64,000 nucleotides of DNA. Origin: a virus. Its lineage: Duplodnaviria > Caudoviricetes. Position 1 is the stretch's first letter, and the number at the start of each line of letters is the position of its first letter. The position numbers were made by a program, and so were the translations under genes. Positions 34,155 to 42,490 of the stretch are shown piece after piece. The notes below the pieces were generated by a model. It did not search any database, had not been told where the DNA came from, and was given only the letters and a program-made list of their open reading frames with translations. The stretch spans positions 1-64,000 of IMG/VR virus record IMGVR_UViG_3300005282_000001; one strand, given 5' to 3'.

Positions 34155-34561
34155 GATACTTTAGTAAACTAAACGATTCAGTAGAACTACCAGCGAGAGC
34201 CACAAAAGGCTCCGCTGGTTATGACATAAGAGTTACAGAGGGTGGCATAGTACCTCCTGGTAAAACTGTAGTATTCAGCACGGGACTTACGGTAACTATG
34301 GAACCAGATGAAGTACTGCTGATTTACCCTAGGAGTTCCATTGGCATCAAGAGACACCTTATGTTATCCAACACAACTGGTGTGATTGACTCAGATTATA
34401 CAGAAGAAATCCATATGGCTCTTACAAACTTCGGGGAAAGAACACAGATAATCAATAGTAGTGAAAGGGTAGCACAGGGAATCTTCACAAAGTATCTAGT
34501 GGCTACAGATGATAACACAACAGATGAACGCACGGGCGGCATCGGAAGTACAGGGAGATGA
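34151..34561 (+). CDS. dut: Trimeric dUTPase
   Basis: Five motifs: AGYDI, RSS, GVIDSDY, AQG, RTGGIGSTG. Confidence 0.95.
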   Translation: MRYFSKLNDSVELPARATKGSAGYDIRVTEGGIVPPGKTVVFSTGLTVTMEPDEVLLIYPRSSIGIKRHLMLSNTTGVIDSDYTEEIHMALTNFGERTQIINSSERVAQGIFTKYLVATDDNTTDERTGGIGSTGR

Positions 34562-34565
34562 ACAT

Positions 34566-34730
34566 ATGATTACTGATGAGAAAGCAATGAAATATGTAAG
34601 GAAACTTAACAAGTTCTGTGGGGAACGCAGTTGTAGCAAATGTATCTTTCAGTATATTGATACGCATACCGCTTGTCCCATAGCTGTTCTAACGTCTAAC
34701 TTTGAAGTTTGCATTGGTAAACCATTATGA
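34566..34730 (+). CDS. Small Cys-rich protein (ITDE.A..Y...L..C..CxxC family)
   Basis: Paralog of 35034, 36185 and the C-terminus of 35835. Confidence 0.65.
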   Translation: MITDEKAMKYVRKLNKFCGERSCSKCIFQYIDTHTACPIAVLTSNFEVCIGKPL

Positions 34731-35056
34731 TCCATCAGATTCTTATAGACTACAGAGACTCTGGAGATTACTTCAGATTCTCTATTGACTCCACAGAAAG
34801 ACTAGAAGACATCCTTACGTATTTCCAACAGTATTCCAAAGACGTACGCTACTGGCGTTCACAAGAAGAGCCTAGGAGAAACGAGAAGGGAACTAGGGTT
34901 ACACCAGTAGGCACATTGATATCATGCGGATACTTTGGTACTAAGATAGGGTATCAAATGAGATTCGAAAAGAGTGACTATAGACTTAAAGGAGTACTCG
35001 ATAGTATACCTGATGAAAGGCATGTGATTGCATATGACTACACAACTGATTACTGA
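34727..35056 (+). CDS. Hypothetical protein
   Basis: ORF track; ATGA overlap. Confidence 0.65.
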   Translation: MIHQILIDYRDSGDYFRFSIDSTERLEDILTYFQQYSKDVRYWRSQEEPRRNEKGTRVTPVGTLISCGYFGTKIGYQMRFEKSDYRLKGVLDSIPDERHVIAYDYTTDY

Positions 35057-35231
35057 TGAACAAGCAATAGAATACGCAAGAGAACTAGAGAAATACTGTA
35101 ATAATAGAAGAAACTGTTCTGAATGCCCATTTGAAACAGACAAATCTCTTGACGCATGGGGAGAAACTACCGACTGCATAGGAAATTCTCTAAAGGATCT
35201 TAAGAAACCATTAGGTGATGCCATTGGATAA
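35034..35231 (+). CDS. Small Cys-rich protein (same family)
   Basis: ITDEQAIEYARELEKYC...CSECPF. Confidence 0.65.
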   Translation: MTTQLITDEQAIEYARELEKYCNNRRNCSECPFETDKSLDAWGETTDCIGNSLKDLKKPLGDAIG

Positions 35232-35838
35232 ACTAGAGCAACTACTGGTAGACAATAGTCCTCAAGTGTTACTCCGCAAGCTCGAAGGAGATACCATAAG
35301 AGAGGACAGAAGGTACTATAGGGATACCGAAAGAATCCGTGGGAAACTTACAGATTATATAAAAGTCCCACGGGACCCCTTGGATTACCTTGTGGAACAA
35401 GAGGAGAAGCAAGAGATTCTCGCAGTAGTACAAAAGATATACCGTGAGTTACCACAAGAGCTATCTGAGGTATTCCAACTGATGGTAATCAAGGGATATA
35501 CCAAGCAAGCCGCCTCAGACTTCCTAGGAGTGTCTCTAGCGACAGTTTACCGTAGACTCGATAGATTACAAGAGGAACTCAAGAAGTACCGCTCAGAACT
35601 CACCATAGAGACTCATGAAAGTACATTAGAAGCAAAAGCACCACGGGATTTCATTAGATACGCTTGTGAGTTCTATAAGGATTACTATGAAGGTAAAGTG
35701 AATCGCCAAGGGAACTACATTACACACTGTAGAATCCAAAGGTACTTCGATGAATCCTTTGGTGACGACAAGACTACCTGCGGAATGTGTGATAAGTGTT
35801 CAAATGGATTCATGAGGAAACGGAGGGATTGCAAATGA
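35215..35838 (+). CDS. Sigma-70 region 4-like HTH transcription regulator (possible late or middle activator)
   Basis: DPLDYLVEQEE...ELPQELSEVFQL..IKGYT...A..LGVSLATVYRRL. Confidence 0.75.
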   Translation: MMPLDKLEQLLVDNSPQVLLRKLEGDTIREDRRYYRDTERIRGKLTDYIKVPRDPLDYLVEQEEKQEILAVVQKIYRELPQELSEVFQLMVIKGYTKQAASDFLGVSLATVYRRLDRLQEELKKYRSELTIETHESTLEAKAPRDFIRYACEFYKDYYEGKVNRQGNYITHCRIQRYFDESFGDDKTTCGMCDKCSNGFMRKRRDCK

Positions 35839-36188
35839 TAGCAAAGGTAAGGGTAGGAACCTATAAACATGACGATGGAGAACAAGAGTATACAATGGGA
35901 TGCTACGCGGTAATCAATGGAATCTTATGTGATAATGTAACAAAAATTGAGACATCATCTGAACATGCTAAGTTAACATCAGCAACGATAACGTTCACAA
36001 GCGATGTTGGGTTTACAAATGAACCAAAGGATACTACTGTTATTACTGATAATCCAATGGAACTTGCTAAGAAATTACAGCAGTATTGCAAGGGAAGAGA
36101 ATGTATCGGATGTGTACTTTCTAATGGATCATGTAAATTATCAACACCATATAATCCAACCCAATGGGAACTAGGTGATGACAAATGA
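35835..36188 (+). CDS. Hypothetical protein with Cys-rich C-terminal module
   Basis: GGAGG SD at the corrected start. Confidence 0.65.
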   Translation: MIAKVRVGTYKHDDGEQEYTMGCYAVINGILCDNVTKIETSSEHAKLTSATITFTSDVGFTNEPKDTTVITDNPMELAKKLQQYCKGRECIGCVLSNGSCKLSTPYNPTQWELGDDK

Positions 36189-36346
36189 TTACTGAAGAGC
36201 AAGCAATAGAATATGCAAAGAAACTTAAGGAATTCTGTAGTGAACAAGATAGTCATTGCAAAGGGTGCCCATTTAAACTCAGTAGTAATTGTTCTGTAGG
36301 AAGTCTAGGTTACGTATCGCCTTGCGATTGGGTACTAGATGACTGA
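36185..36346 (+). CDS. Small Cys-rich protein (53 aa, absent from the track)
   Basis: MITEEQAIEYAKKLKEFC...CKGCPF. Confidence 0.7.
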   Translation: MITEEQAIEYAKKLKEFCSEQDSHCKGCPFKLSSNCSVGSLGYVSPCDWVLDD

Positions 36347-36647
36347 TATACGGACGCAACTTATAACTCCACTGACTCCACGGGATGAACGTCCGTTGCC
36401 ATCGCCTCCTATAAATCCAAAAGAAACTCATATAAGTACTAATGTAATCTCAGAAGTCCTCAGAGTAAAACAGCAGTATCCCAATATGAGCTTCTATAGA
36501 TTCATATGTTTCGCTGCGGGTCGTGTGGGGCACTGTGAGGATGACCATCAGTTACTCTTGGGATTACAGATGTTAGACAAGCAAGGTAACCGTGCGGATG
36601 TACAGGGTACATCGGGTGAACGCAGTGAACAGGAGGTGAATAGGTGA
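36339..36647 (+). CDS. Hypothetical protein
   Basis: ORF track; 3' end encodes element copy 9. Confidence 0.6.
   Translation: MTDIRTQLITPLTPRDERPLPSPPINPKETHISTNVISEVLRVKQQYPNMSFYRFICFAAGRVGHCEDDHQLLLGLQMLDKQGNRADVQGTSGERSEQEVNR
36595..36636 (+). repeat. Double-hairpin/RBS element, copy 9
   Basis: CG-GATGTAC-AGG-GTACATC-GGG-TGAACGCAGTGAA-CAGGAGG; perfect 7-bp stem with a different sequence. Confidence 0.9.
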
Positions 36648-36754
36648 ATACAAAAGAAACGATAGGGAATATCCTTGGCACACTCACTGGTAAATTCATA
36701 AAATCCTTTGTGTATACTGCTGGAATCATTGCAGCCATTAAACTACTAGTGTAA
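36644..36754 (+). CDS. Small membrane peptide (36 aa)
   Basis: AGGAGGTG SD, GTG start, hydrophobic C-terminus. Confidence 0.55.
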   Translation: MNTKETIGNILGTLTGKFIKSFVYTAGIIAAIKLLV

Positions 36755-36765
36755 TAGGAGGAAAA

Positions 36766-37113
36766 ATGATAGAGATATTCATTAGTTCGCTCATGTCAAT
36801 AATCCTGGGATATATTCTTGGAGTATGTGTAGCGTATAACATAAGGAAGACAGGAGGAACACAAATGAAAATACTATTGAGTACATGTAGGGGAAGGGGT
36901 ATCCAGAAGTTATATCCTATTGTTTGTCACAAGTGGCATGTGTCAGATGAGTCAATTGTAACGATAGCATCTATAGAATGCCTACAGAAGTTCTTAGATG
37001 ACTTAAGAGAAGAAGCCAATGTATCTGTAGATGGGTTGGTAATCTGGAGCAACACTAGTTCTTCTGCTGAATACCAAATGAGAATAACAATTTACGATGG
37101 ATATCTTGAGTAA
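36766..37113 (+). CDS. Hypothetical protein with N-terminal TM segment
   Basis: AGGAGG SD; a second strong SD plus ATG at 36865. Confidence 0.65.
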   Translation: MIEIFISSLMSIILGYILGVCVAYNIRKTGGTQMKILLSTCRGRGIQKLYPIVCHKWHVSDESIVTIASIECLQKFLDDLREEANVSVDGLVIWSNTSSSAEYQMRITIYDGYLE

Positions 37114-37138
37114 ATACCAATAAAATACCTTAAACTCT

Positions 37139-37175
37139 ACCACAGTGCGTACAACAGCGTTCTGTGGTTTTTCTT
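37139..37175 (+). terminator. Terminator ending the plus-strand arm
   Basis: ACCACAG...CTGTGGT stem followed by TTTTCTT. Confidence 0.7.
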
Positions 37176-37249
37176 ATGTAGTTATATAGGTAGTACTCTA
37201 AAAACCTCTCAGAAGTCCTCACAGGAAGTCACTTTTGTAACTGGGCAAT

Positions 37250-37289
37250 AAAAAATGGGGATACACAAGATTTCTCCCATGTATCCCCA
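37250..37289 (-). terminator. Terminator ending the minus-strand late arm
   Basis: TGGGGATAC/GTATCCCCA 9-bp stem, then TTTTTT on the minus strand. Confidence 0.8.
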
Positions 37290-37295
37290 AGATTG

Positions 37296-37910
37296 TTAAG
37301 ATATTTTCAGTTGACTCTTAAGTTTCGCTTGTAGTGTTGAGATTCTGCTGGATAGCCAAAGTTGAAATGCAGTAATCCCTATGATTTTCGCATCAATCAA
37401 AAGGCACCCAAAGAAATCTGTAGTATGTCTGCTGATCATAAGTTTACCTTTGTAATCCTCTACAGACTTCACAGCGTTTTGGATGACTGTAGTAACCTGC
37501 GAGTATACAGAAGTAAGTACTGTGGTATCCGTAAGGTCGCTAGTGGTTACTGTAGAACTCAATTGTGCTACTGCTGCTTCTGCTGCGGACTTCACAGTCT
37601 TCCAGTCAACTGTAGTAGCACTTATAAGCACAGTATTCGCTGCGGTCTCTGCGGCTGCTGTAGCACTCACTGGTAATTTAATGGTTACTGCTGTATCTTC
37701 TGTTCCTACTGTTACAGTGGTAGTCTGTGCAGTATACCCTTGGATACTACCAGTTACTGTATAGTCACCAGCAGATAAACCAGAGACACTTGCGACCCCA
37801 TTAGAATCCGTAGTGGTTGTCCCGTTGATTTCACCATATGCATATGTTACGTTTGCAGAAGTTAAAAGTGCTCCTGCTGTACTTTCAATAGTTACTGTTA
37901 ATTTTGCCAT
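37296..37910 (-). CDS. Ig-like (carboxypeptidase regulatory-like) domain protein
   Basis: ANVT....GTTTTDSNG.ASVSGL.AGDYTVT.S..GY pattern. Confidence 0.7.
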   Translation of the reverse strand: MAKLTVTIESTAGALLTSANVTYAYGEINGTTTTDSNGVASVSGLSAGDYTVTGSIQGYTAQTTTVTVGTEDTAVTIKLPVSATAAAETAANTVLISATTVDWKTVKSAAEAAVAQLSSTVTTSDLTDTTVLTSVYSQVTTVIQNAVKSVEDYKGKLMISRHTTDFFGCLLIDAKIIGITAFQLWLSSRISTLQAKLKSQLKIS

Positions 37911-38020
37911 TGTATCACTCTCATTTCTTTAGTTTATCATAAGTATCTTTGGCTGCACTTGTAATTGCTACGGAGTACAATGCGTCTCTAAACTTACATC
38001 ACGCAGCCTTAAGGAATCCC

Positions 38021-38557
38021 TTAGTTTTCTCCGACACTCGCAAGTACCTCCTCAAAAGCTACTTCTTGGGCAAACTTAGCAACGATACCAATGAGTATAT
38101 TAGGAGTTATACTTGAGGATTCTACGGTACCATCGATAGGAAAACCATAGGCTCTCAAGATATCTGTAACGTCCTCTGAGCAATCCCCTTCGTTCTCTGG
38201 GTTATCCAATACAACCCCAAAGAGACTGTAGGCGGCACCACAGAGTAACGCACGAGGACTGTAGTCACGCCCAAGGATACTTGTGAACGCTTGGTCTCCT
38301 GCGGATACAAGAGATTCATCGGATACCTCAAGTTTGTACACACGTACATTCTCAGGTTGATATCGTGATAACTTTTGTCCCACAAAGCCACTTGCCAGAG
38401 CCTCTTGGAATTTCCCTTGTTCCGCAAGTCCCGTGTGAGTTGGCAGGAATTCCACTCCATTGTCCCCTTGGATAAACTCTCCAGCTTCTTCAAAGACTTC
38501 TATAGCTTTACTAAAGAGACTTGTGCCATGCGTAAATATTACATATAGTGTTCTCAT
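38021..38557 (-). CDS. Permuted papain-like (YiiX/NlpC-P60 superfamily) amidase-like protein
   Basis: N-terminal THTG (His) and C-terminal DCSE (Cys), with GRDY between. Confidence 0.6.
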   Translation of the reverse strand: MRTLYVIFTHGTSLFSKAIEVFEEAGEFIQGDNGVEFLPTHTGLAEQGKFQEALASGFVGQKLSRYQPENVRVYKLEVSDESLVSAGDQAFTSILGRDYSPRALLCGAAYSLFGVVLDNPENEGDCSEDVTDILRAYGFPIDGTVESSSITPNILIGIVAKFAQEVAFEEVLASVGEN

Positions 38558-39144
38558 GATTTCATCAGCTCCTCAATGTACCAATTGCCTTTCCCACGTA
38601 ACACATCACCACCACGAGAACCATCAGTTGCGTATGGATTCCATGATGGACTCTCAGATGTCCCAAGGAACTCTAGGTCCCAACGCTCTACTGTACTCTT
38701 GGGACCATATGGATCGTGAAGGTTTGTTATGCCATCTTCATTATCCGCTGCTTCCCCATGAGTAAGTACATGAGTTTTATCACATGGAATACCAAGTGCT
38801 ATACATAGGGTTGCTATAAGTTTACTCATGAACTCTATCTGAGCTTCTGTGGGAGCTTCTGAGCCTAGGTTGTTACTCGTGGCTCCTGCACAACATGCAA
38901 GAGAAATTCCTATGGCTCCAGAGTTCCTGTGGTACGTGTGTGAGATTACTTCTGATAAATCATTTGTAGTCACATGGTAACTGCCGTTACTGTCGATATT
39001 CACATGATAATCATCAAAGAATTGCCCATAGTGTCCAGCGGACCAGTGTAGATAAATCTTAACATCTCTACCGTAATTACTTGCGAGTTGCTCAAGTGAT
39101 TCTTTTGAGTTCTCTGCGATACTTTTGATTTCCTCTAGTGTCAT
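38554..39144 (-). CDS. Endolysin, N-acetylmuramoyl-L-alanine amidase (Amidase_2-like)
   Basis: IYLHWSAG, YH..ID..G, HTYHRNSGAIGISL, THGE...D Zn-ligand pattern. Confidence 0.85.
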   Translation of the reverse strand: MTLEEIKSIAENSKESLEQLASNYGRDVKIYLHWSAGHYGQFFDDYHVNIDSNGSYHVTTNDLSEVISHTYHRNSGAIGISLACCAGATSNNLGSEAPTEAQIEFMSKLIATLCIALGIPCDKTHVLTHGEAADNEDGITNLHDPYGPKSTVERWDLEFLGTSESPSWNPYATDGSRGGDVLRGKGNWYIEELMKS

Positions 39145-39347
39145 TTGTTATCACCTGCTTTGTATGGTTGTCCTATTGGACTGTTGAATTTACTGTTGAA
39201 ATAGTGTTGAAATACCTCAATTACTGCTGCGGAACCAATGGAGAATATTGTGAAGATATCATAGAGTTCCCACACTTGGTTCCTATAGACTAGCCAGGCG
39301 GTCACAAGTATCCATGTGATCCACCCTAGTCTTGCATTAGTGTTCAT
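39141..39347 (-). CDS. Holin-like membrane protein
   Basis: Two TM segments, ends with SKFNS; directly upstream of the endolysin. Confidence 0.6.
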   Translation of the reverse strand: MNTNARLGWITWILVTAWLVYRNQVWELYDIFTIFSIGSAAVIEVFQHYFNSKFNSPIGQPYKAGDNK

Positions 39348-39555
39348 CTTTGATACTCCTATACATATCCTCAAGTTGTTCATTGGTAATGTCTACATGC
39401 GCCTTGTGGAGAGCCCTCTCGATACTTTTGTGGTCACTAGTATACACGCGGTTATACACAGGTCTCTTCTGGCTTCCTATGGTATATCCAACGCAATACG
39501 CAAGTATTAACAGAAGGATTCCCACAAGAGCAAACATGCCATACCTATAGTTCAT
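39337..39555 (-). CDS. Membrane-anchored protein (lysis cassette)
   Basis: One N-terminal TM segment. Confidence 0.6.
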   Translation of the reverse strand: MNYRYGMFALVGILLLILAYCVGYTIGSQKRPVYNRVYTSDHKSIERALHKAHVDITNEQLEDMYRSIKDEH

Positions 39556-39564
39556 CTAATCACC

Positions 39565-39858
39565 TCAGTGTTTCATTAGTGTAATCACAGCACATACAGC
39601 AGCAATTACAGCAGGAAGAAACGCAAGGACTGCCCAGAGAACTGATATTTTATCTCGTGATTTCTTCAGTTCCTCTAGAACCTCATGGTCACGCTCTTGA
39701 GCAATCTTAAGTTGCTGTAAGGCTTTCTCTTGGGATTCCTTACGTTCCTCCTGTTGTACCTTTAGTACCGCTACGTCCTGTTGGGTCTTATGGACAGCTT
39801 CGGACATATCTGAAACCATCGCTAGTAATCTTGCGGTTAATTCGTCACTCATCAGCAT
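39565..39858 (-). CDS. Coiled-coil plus C-terminal TM protein (XhlA/holin-like)
   Basis: Coiled coil followed by a hydrophobic tail; lysis-cassette position. Confidence 0.6.
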   Translation of the reverse strand: MLMSDELTARLLAMVSDMSEAVHKTQQDVAVLKVQQEERKESQEKALQQLKIAQERDHEVLEELKKSRDKISVLWAVLAFLPAVIAAVCAVITLMKH

Positions 39859-39894
39859 CCTCTCGTTTCTTGTGGAATCCTATTGGCTCAAATT

Positions 39895-40230
39895 TTAAGA
39901 CAATTGACCCGACTCTAACACATTAGATGCACTACTAAAGTCAGATAATGTTTTTAAATACTCATAGCCTTGTTTTATAAAATTGGTTGCAGAATCCGTC
40001 ACCGTAGGCACAAACGAATAATTTTTTGTCTCCAAAACCGTCTGTGTAGTATAACTTTTGTATAAGGTAACTACCATGTTTATTGCATTTTTATCACCGC
40101 TGATGTAGGTTATTTTTGCATAACAACCACTAATAGTGACGTTTTGGTCAATCGTAGAACTTTGACCAAAGGTCGTTGCATCAATACAAGTATATTCCAA
40201 GGTTTTTGCGTAGCTTAATTGTAATCCCAT
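39895..40230 (-). CDS. Tail-fibre-associated hypothetical protein
   Basis: Follows the tail protein; AGGGGG SD. Confidence 0.65.
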   Translation of the reverse strand: MGLQLSYAKTLEYTCIDATTFGQSSTIDQNVTISGCYAKITYISGDKNAINMVVTLYKSYTTQTVLETKNYSFVPTVTDSATNFIKQGYEYLKTLSDFSSASNVLESGQLS

Positions 40231-40245
40231 ATATAATCCCCCTTT

Positions 40246-42477
40246 TTAAATTAAAGTATAAACAGTTCCCAGCGATGCTAAACTACTAACCACCGTTCCC
40301 GGTGTAGCTGGTTGAATGTACGCTACATTACCCATCTGGTGTGCAGACATAAAGCATATAGACAAACCTTGTGACGCGTAATCAATGTTTGTATAAATTC
40401 CATAAACGCCGCTGCCTTTATTGACCATAAATATGTTCCTTGTCGTAGCTAGTAGGTTGTTTATCAGTTTGGCACTGTAGGAATACAGTGTTGACGTAAC
40501 CCTTACTTTCGCTTCATACACAGCATCATAACCGTCATTTAAAGGGTCTATCAGGTGGAAGATAGTAGATACCGTTTTGTATGATCCCGTGATAACAATA
40601 TCAAAAAGCCATGCATAACCAGTGCTCATGTTGTCGTTTCCTAATAAAAGATTCTCACGCATTATATTATTATTTGTAGGGAAAAGCGCGCCATCGTCTC
40701 TTCCTTCAAACACATAAACTTTGTTCCGAATCGGTGTAGCTATAAAGTTAATTGCATTTCCTCCGCTTGCAACTATTTTTAAGTATTTAGAGTAATCATT
40801 GGTAAATCGGAAGGCCGTTTTTTTTACCCCATAGGTATTTACAATATTATCTATTTCTAATCCTGCTGTTTCTGATACTAAAAACTGTGAATTGGGTTCA
40901 ACATTCAAAACTTCCAATACGTTACCAGTTGACCCAACTGTTGGAGTTACAGAGTTAGCAAAAGGTAAATAGTTATAGGTTCCACCAGCATCGCGTGGCG
41001 CCCCTTCTTGGTACGTTATGGCAAAATCACTTACTTTTGATATAGTGTTTTTCATTTTATCGTCATCGCACCATAATATCGTTCCATGGCGTATTTGTCC
41101 GAAATTTGTTACATTGTCGTGCTTTAACATTTTATAATTTGTAAAGGTTATCAAATCATTTGACTCACAATATGCGTAGTTACCTCTTCCATAATTAGAG
41201 GCACTTGCGTATCTATCTGCCCATAACTTCCATCGCCCGTTTACGTACTCAATGCAAGGTCCTTCTGCGTGATCATTAAATACTGTAGACGTTATTTTTT
41301 TCCAACCCGATAATATGTTTGTAGATGTGAATATTTCAATAGTCATCGCTGGTTCATTTTTTACAGCCATATAATACGTATTATCAACCTTACGAATTGT
41401 GGCATCGATATGGCTTCTATTTGTGCTTAAATTAGTTGTATCTGTTCCATCCCATAGTGTTAACTTTGTTGGTTCGCCGAAAGTCAATGTATTTAAATCA
41501 GTGCATTTGCATAAGTAAATATCAAATGCACCTAAAGCATCACTGTCAGCAGCGATAACACAATATAAGGTTCCATCATCGTCAAAAAATAAATCTGGTG
41601 CCCATCTGTTGCAATAACCCCAGGTAGTAGAAGTATACACCCCTAGCGACGGATAATAGTCAACCCAATTAATTAAATCGTCAGATATAAACATACGACA
41701 GTCATACGCCGAACTATCTTGGTTTGACGTAGCAAGGTAAAATTTACCATTGTAGTAAGCTATTGATGGGTCTCCAACATTATAATTATCCCCTATTTTT
41801 ACAGACTTATTGAACTGCGTAAAATTAATCCCATCCCGACTTAAATAGAATTTCACTATCCTTGTTGATGTATTATCTCCCGAGGTCAAGTTATCGAAGA
41901 ATACAGATAGATAAAAACTGTCAACATATTTATTTGCTGACTTAGATTCCTTTTTATCTACTATGGATATTTCTGAACTATTTACTGGAACTTTTATATA
42001 ATAAAGGTGAATACCATTTGTAGTCACGGGAGGAATAGGATGATTTGCGGCAACCCCAGCTACATAAGTAACTACCCCAGCGTTCGAAAGATACACCACA
42101 TCAATCCTTGGGTTTGTTGCATCTGCTTGATCTATAGTTACTAAAGTTTCCCCAACATTATATCTGACCCCATTAGGCATATGTGCGATTCCAGCAGCAA
42201 CCGTAAAGTTATACCCAATATTACTTGCGTTAAATCCGCTGATTACCCCGTACCCTGTAGATTCCTCTAGAGATAACTGTGCAATGTCTGTAGTATACGT
42301 TTTGTCACTTTGGAGAATCTCTTGTACCCCTGCGGCACTTGTAGCTGCATTAGTTGCACTTGTAGCTGCGCTCGCGGCACTTGTAGCTGCATTAGTTGCA
42401 CTTGTAACTGCCGCTGCCGCTGATGCTTCTGCTGATGCCTGTGCATCTCCATCTACAATTATATCGAAATCTGCCAT
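40246..42477 (-). CDS. Tail or receptor-binding protein with GH43-like five-bladed beta-propeller
   Basis: GDPSI, WAPDL, IDATI, EGP motifs; Ala/Ser/Thr-rich N-terminal repeat; start corrected from 42522 by AGGAG SD. Confidence 0.75.
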   Translation of the reverse strand: MADFDIIVDGDAQASAEASAAAAVTSATNAATSAASAATSATNAATSAAGVQEILQSDKTYTTDIAQLSLEESTGYGVISGFNASNIGYNFTVAAGIAHMPNGVRYNVGETLVTIDQADATNPRIDVVYLSNAGVVTYVAGVAANHPIPPVTTNGIHLYYIKVPVNSSEISIVDKKESKSANKYVDSFYLSVFFDNLTSGDNTSTRIVKFYLSRDGINFTQFNKSVKIGDNYNVGDPSIAYYNGKFYLATSNQDSSAYDCRMFISDDLINWVDYYPSLGVYTSTTWGYCNRWAPDLFFDDDGTLYCVIAADSDALGAFDIYLCKCTDLNTLTFGEPTKLTLWDGTDTTNLSTNRSHIDATIRKVDNTYYMAVKNEPAMTIEIFTSTNILSGWKKITSTVFNDHAEGPCIEYVNGRWKLWADRYASASNYGRGNYAYCESNDLITFTNYKMLKHDNVTNFGQIRHGTILWCDDDKMKNTISKVSDFAITYQEGAPRDAGGTYNYLPFANSVTPTVGSTGNVLEVLNVEPNSQFLVSETAGLEIDNIVNTYGVKKTAFRFTNDYSKYLKIVASGGNAINFIATPIRNKVYVFEGRDDGALFPTNNNIMRENLLLGNDNMSTGYAWLFDIVITGSYKTVSTIFHLIDPLNDGYDAVYEAKVRVTSTLYSYSAKLINNLLATTRNIFMVNKGSGVYGIYTNIDYASQGLSICFMSAHQMGNVAYIQPATPGTVVSSLASLGTVYTLI
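42335..42411 (-). repeat. 21-bp coding tandem repeat (AATSATN-type)
   Basis: GCACTTGTAGCTGC-started units about 3.7 times. Confidence 0.85.
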
Positions 42478-42490
42478 GTAATCACTCCTT

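Noticed and set aside
2594-36636. Repeated hairpin element as integron attC sites for the tyrosine recombinase
   Set aside because: Order is GTT...AAC rather than RYYYAAC...GTTRRRY, and the element is too short, with no L boxes.
39848-39855. Minus-strand CTGATGAG as a hammerhead core
   Set aside because: It is the MLMSDE gene start, followed by GAAT rather than GAAA, with no stem II or III.
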